Below, one piece after another: positions 23,749-35,916 of a DNA stretch of 64,000 nucleotides (positions are counted from its first letter, which is position 1; the number at the start of each line of letters is the position of its first letter). The notes under the pieces are model-generated. The model did no database searches and was not told the origin of the DNA. It saw only the letters and a list, made by a program, of their open reading frames with translations. The DNA lies in NCBI GenBank assembly GCA_905178155.1, contig CAJINV010000012.1, positions 1,554,492 to 1,618,491 of the forward strand. The letters are read 5' to 3'. A program made the translations under genes and the position numbers. The DNA comes from Amoebophrya sp. A120 (Eukaryota; Protista; Dinoflagellata).

Positions 23749-26700
23749 ATGTTGTTGGCTGCCCGCCTTTGGTTCTGGTTGTGGTTCGGGGGCGTAGAAG
23801 TATTTCTTTTCCAAGTCCGATCCCCCAGTACTTCTGCCACTGCGTCAGCAGCAGGGTCTACGACTGCTGCGCCGGTCGGTGTAGTTGCAGCCACAACCTC
23901 CAGACTTGCTCCCAACGTCCCTTTAGTGATTGAAAGCGACGGGGAGGTCGAGTATACAAGGACAACGACCTCTCTGTACAGAAGTTCAACTACTGGCACA
24001 AGCTCGAAGAACGTGGAACAAGATCGCGGTAGGGAGAGAACAGCGCCACGGCTTATTTCCAGTGACGAGGAGGACCATGTCGCCAGTAGAAGAAGCGGTT
24101 CAACCCAAGAAGAACTCCTGACAAGAACGGTTCCACCCTCTGTTCATAATTCTGCCTCCTCCTCGCCTGCGCATCCAGAACTCCCGCTTTTGACCTGCAG
24201 CTACAATGAAGAGTGGAATGCGTTCCGCAAGCTTCTTCTCAACAACGAGGATGATAATGACGCCGAAATTATAAACGAGCACGCTGGGTTCGGCAAATTT
24301 ATCAAATGCAAAAATGTCTGGGTCTGGAAGATTCTGAGACTTGTCATGTACGGTTTGCATGAGCCATGACGCTTGTGACGCATGCCCTAGCATCACAGGT
24401 TTTTTTGAGGGATTCTTGATGCTTATTCCGCATGACACAAAAATTAGAATCTTTTGTTGCTCATGCAACACAAATTTTTTAGACATCCAAATGCAGCATC
24501 ACAAGTTGCATTCTTCCAGACCCAGACATTTTTGCATTTGATAAAATTCAACGAGGAACTATACGCCCACGCGGACTACCTGGTCGGGAAGCATTTTAAG
24601 GCGTTCATGGAGTTCAAACTATGGATTGCAAATATCCCTGGATGTCTGGAAGCGTGGAGCTTGTAATGCTGTCTGCGGATTCTAAAAATGTCTGTGTTGC
24701 ATGAGCAGCATCAAGAGGAGTCAGTTCTTGGCACGCGGAGAGCACGGCATTTCTCATGCGTAATTAGCATCAAGAAGCTCCCAAAAAATCTGTGATGCTA
24801 GCACTAGTATCACAGACCTCACGGGTCATGCAAAATGTGCATGACAAGCCTAGCCCCGACTCTTCCAGACATCCAGGGATTTTTGCAGTTGATACAACCA
24901 GTCGAAAAGCAACGAGTTTTTCTTCGACTGCAGCCGGAAGGAAATTTATCAAAGAAAAAAAGTTCGTCACGACTCAACATGCGCATTCTTGCAATACAAA
25001 ATTGTTTGTCATGCGTAAAAATGCATCACAGCCAAACTTCATTAGGGATTTCCATGGTGTTTCTGCAATACAAGGAAAGTTTGTGATGCTGAGAAAATTT
25101 GTAATGCAAAACCTGCAAGTTAGTGACATGACTGTGACAAAATTTTTTCTCTCCATAAAATTGTGGGGAAAATCTGTTACTTTGGCATGCTAAACGCGTT
25201 TGCGATACAGTACAGATATTTGAAGATGAAGGTCCTGCTGGCGGAATGGACAAACCAGGATTGGGTCGTCGAGCAGAAGGAGGAGGACGAGGGCCGTCGT
25301 GAAATTATTAAATCTGCGGAAGGGAGGACAACCACCGCCACGACGCTAACACAAACCGCACCGCTATGGATCTGTCAGGTTCGAAATCGACAAAGTTGAA
25401 ATAATTTGCCATGCATAAAATGGATGCCAGTTGGAGCCCAGTTTCCAAGCGGCGCATGACAAATTTTCGTAGAGCCTAAATCCAGTTTGTCATGCTGTTT
25501 GGGTAAGGGCGACGCCTTTAGTCATGCTACTTTAGCAGCTCTATTTCTCCTCTTCAGCAGGCTTACAATCTGCCTCCCTTGCGTCCTCTGCAATAGAGGC
25601 AATTTTTGCGTTGCATTTTATGCATGACAAAGTATTTCAACTTTGACGATTTCGATCCTGACACATCCATAACCGCCATCGGCTGCCACGGCGACCAGCA
25701 CCCGAGGAGAGAGGCAGATTATGGAGGAAGTGAGAAGCTTTTTGCAGCTTCTACTGATGAACAAGAACAACTTATCATTTGTAAAAACGTCGGTCCCCAC
25801 CTCAGAGTCAAGATGGGGATTTTGCAACACAAACCTTAAAGCTTTGGGAGCCACGCATGACAAGTTCTTGCAGACTGTGGTGTAATGCAGTTTAGCAAGG
25901 GAAGCCGCATAACAAATCCATCTCCTTATCCTGTTCACAGCATTACAAGTTTCAAAACACAAAAATGGGAAATGCCTCTCATGGAGATGCGCATTACAAA
26001 TGCTCTTGTGCTTGCAGATCTGCATGACAACTCTGGGGATGTTTTTGCACAGCATACAATTGCTTGGATTTTCTCGACGAGTCCGGGTGGCCGACAATCG
26101 CGATCAAGTCGCTGTTTGAGGAGGTCCGACCGGAAGTAGAGTCACGGCAAAAATTTCTCGTGCCGGGCGCGGAGCACGACGAGAAAGAGCGAACCTCTGC
26201 GGACGGCCACAACTTATCAAATGCAAAAATGTCTGGGTCTGGAGGATTGCCAGGTTTGTCATGCATATTTTGCATGACCCAGGATGTCTGTAATGCGGGA
26301 CCCAGTATCACAGATTTTTAGAGGGCTTCCTGATGCCTACTCCGCATGACAAACGCCCTCCCCGCGGAGCACAGACTAGATTCCTCTTGCTGGTCATACA
26401 ATACAGATTTGTTTAGAGTCCAAAGTTAGCATCACAAGTTCCAACCTTCCAGACTCAGACACTTTTACATTTGATACAACTTCTCGCAGCACGACAACTT
26501 CTCGCACAGAAGAAGTAAGTGGCAAAAAGTCGAGGAGCTGTTTCCCGTGCAGACCGCCAAGACTTTAGCATCCGAGTTTTACTACAGTCAGGACCTGTTC
26601 TACTCAAACTCGGACCGGGTTGCGTCTTACACCTTCAGGCAGACGCGTCAAGAGAGGATGCGGGAGGTGGTGATCTACGCAACAGGTATCGTCTATAGTG

Positions 26701-29700
26701 CTGCAAATAGAAAAAGAAATACTAAAGCGGTTATTTTTTTTTTCTTGTTTGTGATACAAAATAAACAAATTTGATGCAGCTGACACATTATTTGTGCATG
26801 CTACAAGTACAACAGCATGCTAAGCGCTCCCTTTGTGCTTCCCACATGAAGCTCGGTTTCTTCCAATTTTCGCGAAAATAAACCAATCCAAAAGAGGGAC
26901 CCACTCGAGCCTAGCGCAAGAGCCGATGATATCCCACGAAAAAAGTGTTACAGTTACACATTTGTTGTCAATTCAGCAACACAAATTTCTCTGCATGAGA
27001 GAGAAAACTTGTAATGCAGAAATCCTACGGGAATGGGAAAACACCTATGAAACAGCGCTCCTATGCATATCCGGCATGACAGAGCTTGTCTGTCTTGCTT
27101 GGCCTGCATAGACTATGTGTGTAACTGTCACACTTTTTTCTCACGATAGATGACTATGCTATCCGAGTACGTGTCGGACAATTTGAACTTCGGAAGTTCT
27201 GTATTACAGTGCACAACTCCCCCTCCCCCTCATTTGTATAGCATAAACGGCAATAAAAGCATCAGCAAGAATGCCGGTTTTGCATGACAGATTATTTGCG
27301 CTGGAGTGTAGTGCTATTTGGGCTACCAGAACTTGTCATGCAACCAGTGCCAAGAAGCAAGCGGTGGATTGGGTATTTTGCATGACAAATGAGGAGGAGG
27401 GGGAGTTGTGCACTGTTATATTCTGATGCGTCGTCGTCCTCCAGCATGGGTAAAAATTCTGGTGGCGGTGAAGATCATCATCATGGGTTCTTGCGGCCCA
27501 GCATGACAAGTGAAGTCCGCATTCGACCGATTTACGAAATCATCGACTCCACGCACTGTCAGTTCTTCTCCAATACACAGGAATGCGAACAGAAGAGTGG
27601 GCGGCCACAGTCCTCGTCGTCAAAAACGACCTCTTCGCACTACATCGGCTTTCAGGAGGTTTCTACGAAATACTTCACCTTATGAACTGCAAAAGTATCG
27701 TACTAGTATCTTTCAATTGCATTACAAATTAGCCCAGCATTACAATATTGAATTTGTAATGTTGATTTTCCTTGAGAGCGAGATTTGTAATGCATAAATG
27801 CAATTCCTACGAGGACGATACTTTTGCACAGGATACATCTCTGTGTGGGGCAATCTGCTGATCGAAAACTACCTGGAGTTTGAGAGAGAGATCCAGGAAA
27901 GATTCGAGGCGAAGTATCGTAAGGAAAAATCTCCCCTCCCCATATCAAAAGGAAGTTTCTGATGCTGGATTTGCGTACACAAATCAGATCTGTCTTTCAG
28001 AAAGTGCTTCGCGGCATTTTCTAAGCCAGTTTGGATATGCAGAAGGCTAGCAATTGGGCATAACAAACAGGTTTGCAGTAGTCACAAGCGCATGACAGAC
28101 TGGCTGTGGAATGCGCCACTTTGCTCCCATTACCCAAGAGGCAAGACAGAGGGCATTTGTGACCACAAATCGGCATCACAAATTTCCTTTTTGATATGCA
28201 TGGGGAGGGGGGATTTTTCCTTTTAATGCGAAGTATTCATCATCATCTTCTACTTCCGGAAGGACGAGGACTATTAGCGGCAGCGCAGAAATACCAAGGG
28301 ACGAGATCATTGAAAACAACGACAACTACCCGGACATTATCCTGTGCAGCAGCCCGGCCATTATGTGCAATATTTTCGCAAAGTATTTAGACAAGATCCC
28401 TTATGCAAGTGTCAGAATCGAAATTGACAAAGTCGAAAAATTTGTGATGCACAAAATCGATGCCAGTCGGAGCCTCAGTGCCCAAATCCAGTCTGTCATG
28501 CTGTTTGGGCAAAGAAGACTACTCCTGTCATGCTACTCTGGCAGCACATTGCATACTCCTAAACAGGCTTACGCTTACAATCGGTCTCATTTGCCAGCTC
28601 CCCAATGCAGGCCTTCAGTGCCCTACATTCTATGCATCGCAAATTATTCGACTTTGTCGATTTCGATCCTGACACGCCCATATCCCTCTCCTTGGCTACA
28701 TCGGCGAGCCGCTTCTTCTCGCTGTGGAAAAGAGTCTGCATGATTTTTGGTTCAAGCAGTTCGAGCGGCTGGTCATATGCATTGCAAAAGCATAGTACTA
28801 GTGGAAATCGCATTACAAATTCGGTCAGCATAGGAAATAGAATTTGCCATGCTGTTTCACCTTGGGATGGAGATTTGTAATGCATGACTGCGATTACTAC
28901 GAGTGCGATACTTTTTCACAGGATAGGTCAACAGGAAAAGCAACACGTTTTTCGCCGTCTACAACCCGTTTTTGAAGCACTATCAAATGTAAAAATGTCT
29001 GGGTCTGGAAGGGTTGGAACTTGTGATGCAAACTCTGGAACACACAAAAATTTGTGTTGCATGAGCGCCAAAAGCTGTCCATTTCTTGGCACGCAAGTAG
29101 GAAGTTTCTCATGCGGGACAGGCATCATGAGGCGTGCTCAAAACCTGTGATGCTTTTGCCTGCATCAGACGCCATTTGCGTGATCCGAAATATGCATGAG
29201 AAATCTCGCAATCTTCCAGACCCAGACATTTTTACATTTGATAAGCACATATCAAATGCAAATATCGATCTCAGTCTGGTGGAAAGTTGGAACTTGTAAT
29301 GCCAGCCCTACACTAGTACTACTCCGGTAATAAAATCTGATGTATTGCCTGACCAACAAAAGAGGCCGCCCTCTTTTGTCATACAAAAGCGCAGTTTCTC
29401 ATGTTGCGGATTGCGCATGAGAAACAAGTGTTTCGCAGACCTGTCATGCTTGGCTGCATTGGGAAGCATTTTGATCCTCCACAATTCAGCATCACAAGGT
29501 TCCATACCAAGATGTCATATTTGCATTTGATAGAACATGATTCGGTACCAAACCGGATTGGATCTTCCGGCGATTCGGGTGAGCGGGAAATACACCGGAA
29601 TGCAGTATGGTTGGAAGGAAACGCAAGTCGGAACTACAACCGCGAAGAAGAACCAATTTGACATCCTCGTTGCGAAAGGGCCAAACATTTGCGTGGACCC

Positions 29701-31273
29701 GATTTGCTTGCTGAAAAAGACCGCCGACGAGACTAGGAAAGTACAACATTCATCGTGGAAGAACGACAAAGCATCAAACAACGAAGAAGATGGGCGGTAC
29801 TACGGTTCAACTTACACGATGAAGAAAATGCACACCTCTACTAACTCGACCTCCACTCATATGACAGTGCACAACCCCCCCTCCCCCTCATTTGTGCTGA
29901 AAAATACCCAATCCACCACCTGCGAAGAAGCACTGTTTGCATGACAAATTCCGGAACCTGAAACAGCACTACAGTCTGTGTGTAGATTTGTCATGCGGTT
30001 GGCCCATCTCTGTCGTTGCTTGTGTTGCCGTTCATGCATTGCCAATGAGGGGGAGGGGGAATTGTGCATTTTTATAGCTCATCTCGCTGAGGACGATGAC
30101 TACGACGTACTGAACGGTAATCCAGTCGTATCGCAAGAAAGAAGTGTTACAGTTACACACATAGTCTATGCAGGCCAAGCAAGACAGACAAGCTCCGTCA
30201 TGCCGGATACGCATAGAAGCCTCGTTTCATAGGTGTTTTCTCGTAGGATTTCTGCATTACAAGTTTTCTGTCTCATGCAGAGAAATTTGTGTTGCTGAAT
30301 TGACTACAAGTGTGTATACTGTAACACTTTTTTCTCAGGATAAGTCGCTTTCGCCGTCACGGAAGAACAGGAGACGATGGTCCAGCAAGAATTTTTAACT
30401 GCAGCTCATCAAGAAGAAGCTGGTGCCTCGTCGGAAGTAGAAGTTGCGGGCTCTATCACAACGACTACTTCACACGACGACGGTATTAAAAATGTTGCAG
30501 ATGAAGATGAAATAAAGCTTTCTACTGCACAACCTCCCACAGCAAGAATTGCTTCAGAAACTCCTCCTGCGGCTAGAAGTACTTTATCCGACACAGTAAA
30601 AATTATGCCAAGAACTACACCAGAGGATGTGTCCTCGCGAGGAGGGCTTGTGTCCAAGAAGACCTTCCGTTTCTTTGGCCTCGACGAGTTCGGCCCACAA
30701 CACGGGAGCAAGCGCTTGTCTCACAGCGACATGGCAAGTCGGTTTTACGCGGTAGTGATGTATCCCTACGACGTTTCTCTTATGCTCTTTTACGAACTGT
30801 ACTCTGCCGCGGTTCCGATTTTCCTACCTGATCGCGAGTACCTGAAATTCTTCGTCTTTCGCGGGTTACACGCATACAGGCAGCACCACGTGGTTTATGA
30901 TTCATCTTCCGGAGTAGAAAATGAAAATCTAAATCACAATCATGTCGGGGACGACATGAAAAAACCAGGCACTTCCTCCTCTTCCTCCTCTAACGCTGCA
31001 GCAAGAATCAGAAAAGGGGACTACTTGAACGTTTCCCCGTTTTTCGCGTCTTTGGAAGCGGCGCAGTTTTTTGAAGGGAGCGACTTCTGGGCAAAATTTA
31101 CGGACTTTTACCAGTTCAGGCATTTAGGTAGGTTCCGTAACGTCCGGGAGTTGTTGTGGAAATTGGAAAACTTTGACAACTACGGAACTTCGCGAAAAAT
31201 GCGAAAAATGGCCGATAAAATCTTCGCAAGGAGCGTCTTTTCCTGGGCACAGGTACTACAAAGGTTTTTGTAG
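23749..31273 (+). CDS. Large secreted or membrane-anchored protein with C-terminal GT-B glycosyltransferase-like region; 17 introns
   Basis: Hydrophobic N-terminus; continuous frame after removals (YATGTHSSLAQEPM, DIILCSSPAIMC, IPLLGYIGEPLL, YNPFLKHMIRYQTG); FYAVVMYPYDVSLMLFYELYSAAVPIFLP resembles a GT-B donor-binding motif; function inferred. Confidence 0.75.
24300..24543. mobile_element. TIR introner, family A
   Basis: TSD aaatt/aaatt. Confidence 0.92.
24620..24894. mobile_element. TIR introner, family A variant
   Basis: TSD caaac/caacc. Confidence 0.9.
24947..25157. mobile_element. TIR introner, family F-like
   Basis: TSD aaatt/aaatt. Confidence 0.85.
25365..25671. mobile_element. TIR introner, family G (TATGGAnnTGTCAGGwTCGAAATCGACAAAG)
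   Basis: TSD accgc/accgc. Confidence 0.92.
25773..26056. mobile_element. TIR introner, family C
   Basis: TSD caact/caatt. Confidence 0.88.
26215..26476. mobile_element. TIR introner, family A
   Basis: TSD caact/caact. Confidence 0.92.
26686..26896 (+). other. GT-AG intron, probably a decayed introner
   Basis: ACAG|GTATC...AGAG|GGACC restores YATGTH; relic TSD acagg/agagg; TIRs lost. Confidence 0.7.
26930..27148. mobile_element. TIR introner, family F2 (AAAAAGTGTTACAGTTACAC)
   Basis: TSD gatga/gatga. Confidence 0.92.
27202..27420. mobile_element. TIR introner, family D
   Basis: TSD ttctg/ttctg. Confidence 0.92.
27681..27835. mobile_element. TIR introner, family B
   Basis: TSD cacct/catct. 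Confidence 0.9.
27915..28228. mobile_element. TIR introner, family E2 (AAAAATCTCCCCTCCCCATATC)
   Basis: TSD cgaag/cgaag. Confidence 0.9.
28402..28682. mobile_element. TIR introner, family G
   Basis: TSD tccct/tccct. Confidence 0.92.
28776..28925. mobile_element. TIR introner, family B
   Basis: TSD ggtca/ggtca. Confidence 0.9.
28981..29243. mobile_element. TIR introner, family A
   Basis: TSD agcac/agcac. Confidence 0.92.
29250..29532. mobile_element. TIR introner, family A
   Basis: TSD gcaca/gaaca; 6 bp from the previous element. Confidence 0.88.
29860..30076. mobile_element. TIR introner, family D
   Basis: TSD actca/gctca. Confidence 0.88.
30129..30342. mobile_element. TIR introner, family F2 (reverse orientation to 26930)
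   Basis: TSD agtcg/agtcg. Confidence 0.92.
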
Positions 31274-32460
31274 AGTAAGTTGTACTTGCAGCTCTTGGAC
31301 TGGATGGATAGGAAGAGCTGAACTCATGACATGCGTTTTTATTTCGGCAGCATATTGTTTGAAAATGATAATGAATGTGAATTTTATTCCCCAGCAGCAC
31401 AAAGGACCAGCTGGCAGAACAAAAGCAAAACTTTATTCGTTGTGCTGATGCGAGTGAACTCTTGTTCCGTTCACCTTTTCTTCGACTTGCACATACTAGA
31501 CCTTCGAACTAACAATCAAGAATGACGAAATGGCCTATGTCTGTGTCGACACCATACGATGAGGATGATGGTGACTAGGACACTGCTTTGAGTGGATGTG
31601 AAAGAGACCTGCGTTCAGAGGATGTGGTCTGTCGCTCGTGCATTTACAAATACTAGAGCGGTACTATTGTGAAAAACAAGAGTAAAAGCTGTAGTTGCGT
31701 ATATAGAAAATCATAATCTTTTAGGCTACAAAGGGGGGGAGCGTGGGCCAGCATTTTTCGCAAATACTGCCAATGAATCAGAGCGAGGAGTGCGGTGAGC
31801 GATTTCTTCATTCTTAGTAAAAGATTCACAGGATAATTGTACTTAATTCTGAATGGACTTCTACGTTGTAGAAGCTGTCAACTAGTAACGTCGCAAGTGT
31901 AGTCCGTGTTGTAGTGTGGGAGGACAAGTAGGTAAAGGTTCAGGTAGGAGTGCTCTGCACTCCTACATTATTTCGGCCGTGTCGTCCTAGCATTATTTCG
32001 GCCGTTTTAGGTGCATGGGAGTCCTACACTATTTTTTTAAGACTGTCCTTGTCCTACACTCAGGGATCCTACTTATACTCACGGCTCGAGACCTTAGACC
32101 CAGCCTCTCCTGCGCTGGCTCCGGCGCGCGTGTTGTCGCACACGCGCTGCGTGACAGGGCGATGCGGTGGGCCGGGGGCTGGCGCGCCGTTCCGTTGCAT
32201 GTCGAACACGCGCTGCGTGACACGGCGAGGCGGTCGCTGGCCGGGGATGGGGGCGACGTTCCGTTGCATATCTTGGATTCTAGATTTAAATAAAAACAAC
32301 CTATTCCGGGGGGGAGGTTGTTTTTATGTGTGGAGAAATTTACAATCACGGCCACAGTGCAAGATCCTGAATTTCGTCGCACATAAAAACAACCTATGCC
32401 CGGGCATAGGTTGATCTTTTGCAAATCTAGAATCCAGGATATGGGATCGAACGTCGGGCG

Positions 32461-33115
32461 AGGAGAGGTCGATTTTATGGCCGCGGAATTTTCGCGAAAA
32501 CCGACTCAACCTGTTGGAAGCAGAGGTTGATTTTACCGTCACGAAATTTCGCAGCCATAAAATCGACCTCTTGGAAGCATAGGTTGATTTTATCGTCGCG
32601 AAATTTCGTGGCCATAAAATCGACCTCTTGGAAGCAGAGGTTGATTTTATCGTCGTGAAATTTCGCGCCCATAAAATCGACCTCTTGGAAGCAGAGGTTG
32701 ATTTTATCGTCGCGAAATTTCGCGCCCATAAAATCGACCTCTTGGAAGCAGAGGTTGATTTTATCGTCGCGAAATTTCGCGCCCATAAAATCGACCTCTT
32801 GGAAGCAGAGGTTGATTTTATCGTCGCGAAATTTCGCGCCCATAAAATCGACCTCTTGGAAGCAGAGGTTGATTTTATCGTCGCGAAATTTTGCACCCAT
32901 AAAATCGACCTCTTGGAAGAAAAGGTTGACTTTATCGTCGCGAAATTTCCGGAGCCATCGAATCGACCTCCTGGAAGCAGAGGTTGATTTGATTGCTCCG
33001 AAATTTTCGCAGGCACAGAGTCAACCTTTTGGAAGCAGAGGTTGATTTTATGGTCGCGAAATTTCCGGAGGCATAGAATCGACCTCCTGGAAGCAGAGGC
33101 TGACTCTATGGCCAC
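32461..33115. repeat. 57-bp tandem satellite (~11 units), each unit largely palindromic
   Basis: gaggttgattttat-cgtcgcgaaatttcgcgccc-ataaaatcgacctc-ttggaagca; 19-aa periodic ORFs in the track. Confidence 0.92.
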
Positions 33116-34403
33116 GAAGTTTTATTTTGTACAGCCATTGGCTGGAGAAGACGCGGCCCAAAATGCGCATGCTTTGCCAATTTTAGTTCAGGCCCTATGC
33201 CAGCTTAAGGAAGCGCAATGGACGAGACCGGGATTTCCGCAAAGAAAGCAGGACTGCCGCTTATTTCAGTATAGAGAGTAGTCCACGTTGTAGTGTGGGA
33301 GGACAAGTAGGTAAAGGTTCAGGTAGGAGTGCTCTATGGCGAACGCAGAGACTTTTTTTCAAGAAACTTTTTTTTTTTCGCCCATGTCCTCGGCCTGTGC
33401 ATGATAGGCCTTTCAACTTTTTGTAACGGGTCTACGAAGGGAGTAGCAAGGCCTGCCACGGCTCATACGAAGCCAATCGCGTAAGCACTTGCGAAGACGC
33501 TTCAGCAGCAGCAGGTGCTGTGGGCTTTCGGTGTGCCGCTAGTCCTGGGCCCGTGCCCCTTTCACTCCCGCACACCAGCGCCCGTCTGAATCGGGCTTGA
33601 TGCTACCGGGGCACGCGCCTTCTTGCGCAGCACACGCTGTGCGGAGGCCAGCTTCTGTGTTTCACCGAAGGGGCTGACAAGTGCGCCGCCTGAGGTCGCC
33701 ATCCCCCTTCGATCATATTCTAACGACCCCTGGGGAGGGCAAAAGACGGCCCAGATAGAGTTCTCGAGCCCGGGAAGGCTTCTACACAGTTTCCGGAAGC
33801 AACGTCGCGGAAAAGGGCGCTGCCGGCCCTTGGCCAATCTGCCAGAAACCAGCGCGACGCCGGGGACCGTGCGCATAGACGCACCAACCTGTATGAACCG
33901 CGCCTCCCGCGCAAATTTGCCTCATAGCTCGAAGGTGTCCGACCTCCTCTTGAGGAGACACGCCGAAAACAACAAGAGGGAGGCCCCTCGGAGGGGGGTT
34001 GGGGGGGTGGGTTGCGCGACCCCCGCCCCTGCCTCCATCATACCATGCGGGCTAGCAAAAAAAGGGATCCCGAAGGGGGGGGGTTACCCCCCCCCCCTCC
34101 GGGGCCCCTCGAGCCGGCATTTTTGCGCTGCCCAAAAAGATTTCCCGTTGTCTCCGATGCCACCAGGCCGGGCAAAAGACCTTGGGGCTTAGGGCAATGT
34201 GGGGAAGCCCGGCGGAAGAAAGCCCACTGCACGCGGGGCTCTGCGAGGTTTTTCTCGCTCTGACCTAGAGTGCCTCCACGCCGCTAAACCTCGGCGGGGC
34301 CCCGCAGCCCAGCAGCAGAGAAGATTCAAAGAGGACAAGTAGGTAAAGGTTCAGGTAGGAGTGCTCTGCACTCCAGATCAGGTAGGAGTGCTCTTTGAAA
34401 TTG

Positions 34404-34498
34404 GATCAGAACAGGGGATCAGAACAGGGGATCAAAACAGGGGACCAGAACAGGGGACCAGAACAGGGCATCAGAACAGGGGACCCGAACAGGGGATC
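34404..34498. repeat. ~13-bp minisatellite (A(T/C)CAGAACAGGGG) x ~7
   Basis: Read directly. Confidence 0.85.
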
Positions 34499-35916
34499 CG
34501 GAACCGGCTTGGGAAACGGACAGCAAAATAGCACATCCGTGTCGCGGTTTCAGATTTGGTTCTTTGGCGGCTTGCTGGCCAGCCGCGGAGCCTGGCCTGG
34601 CTGATTCCGGCCCGGGGGCCTTCAGCTCGGGCTTCTCGTGTTTTGGTAATTGCCAGCAATCTGCCATAGCAATAGCGGCTAAGTAATCTGGTAGGGATCA
34701 TGTTGCTGAAACATGTGCGCCACTGCCGCCGCGCTTTACATACGGGCGCTGCGGCAGCTCGCCGCCGACCGCATTCGGCGGCTTTTTCCAGAAGGCGTTC
34801 GCGGGCTTGCATCGGGCTCGATGCTCTTGCATGTGAGTGAAGCGAAGCTGCGTGAAGAGCTTTTCATTGCATAGGACAGGGCACTAAGAGGATGTTTTGT
34901 GTGTGATGATCAGAGCTGACACATGTTGGCGCCTAGGCCTCACCCAAGTGCTCTGCTCTTCGTCCAAGAGCCGAAGACGAGCACAAACTCCGCCGGGCAT
35001 TCTCGTGGCTCGGCGCTAATCCTCCGCTTCGCCCACCGAGCAATCTTTCTTTTTGTCTCGGCAAGTTTGCCCTCTCAAAAAAATTTCAAAAATAAAAAAA
35101 TCCAATCATTTTTGAACGTTTTTGAACACTGGTCATGCGCTAGACCCCTGCCCAACTTGACCTGTTGTAGTGTGGGAGGACAAGTAGGTAAAGGTTCAGG
35201 TAGGAGTGCTCCTCTGCACTCACTGTATTGTCATACAACCTCTCGTCTCGTAGCTGGAACAAGAAGTAGTCCTGAATAGCAAATAAGAAGACAAAGGCCG
35301 ACGATGATTTTGACCCTCCGGTCCTTGCTGAAGCGCCCGGCGGTTTTAGTGGTAAGTATTTACTTTTCTTATTTGAAATACGACTGCGACTCTACGTCCA
35401 CTCGACTCTACCTTGTTCCGCAATAAAATACGTTTTCCCTGCGGATAGTACATTTGTTTGTTTGATGATGTGTGTCATCTTGTTCTACTCTTTCCGTCGA
35501 TTCGAAAGTCTCTCACTCAATGACCGCTCGCACACAGGTCGCAGCCGAGCTATTTATCCTGTTTCTCTGGGCGGTGCTGGTCAGTTATCCTCCAGAAAAG
35601 TAAGGATGGCGTAGTGGTGCCATGATTGGAAAGTAATTGCCTATGCAGTTTTTTTTTTAGCATGGCAAAGAGTTGTTGGCTGTTCAGCATGTTGACAATT
35701 TTTTTGGCCGCCTCTGGTCCCGTCGGTCTCCACGACTTAGTGTGACAGGAAAATGATGCGTCTCATCTTTTGGTCGTCGTTTATTTGCAAACGTTTTGAT
35801 GTTTACAGGAAACGAAAAGAAACAAGAACTGAAATTGAAAAAATCAATTTTTTTCAATCATCTTGTGTGACTGTACTTCTACTTTTCTGTGTGATATTAG
35901 TTTCGCGTTTCTCGAC

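Larger units (their letters stand above)
31899..35221. repeat. Insertion array C (intergenic): host repeat copies at 31899-31962, 33278-33335, 34331-34373 (+34378-34394) and 35163-35221; inserts of 1315, 995 and 768 bp
   Basis: Core gaggacaagtaggtaaaggttcaggtaggagtgct. Confidence 0.88.

Noticed and set aside
32324-33115. Repeat-protein ORFs on both strands
   Set aside because: Produced by the 57-bp satellite; no unique coding flanks.
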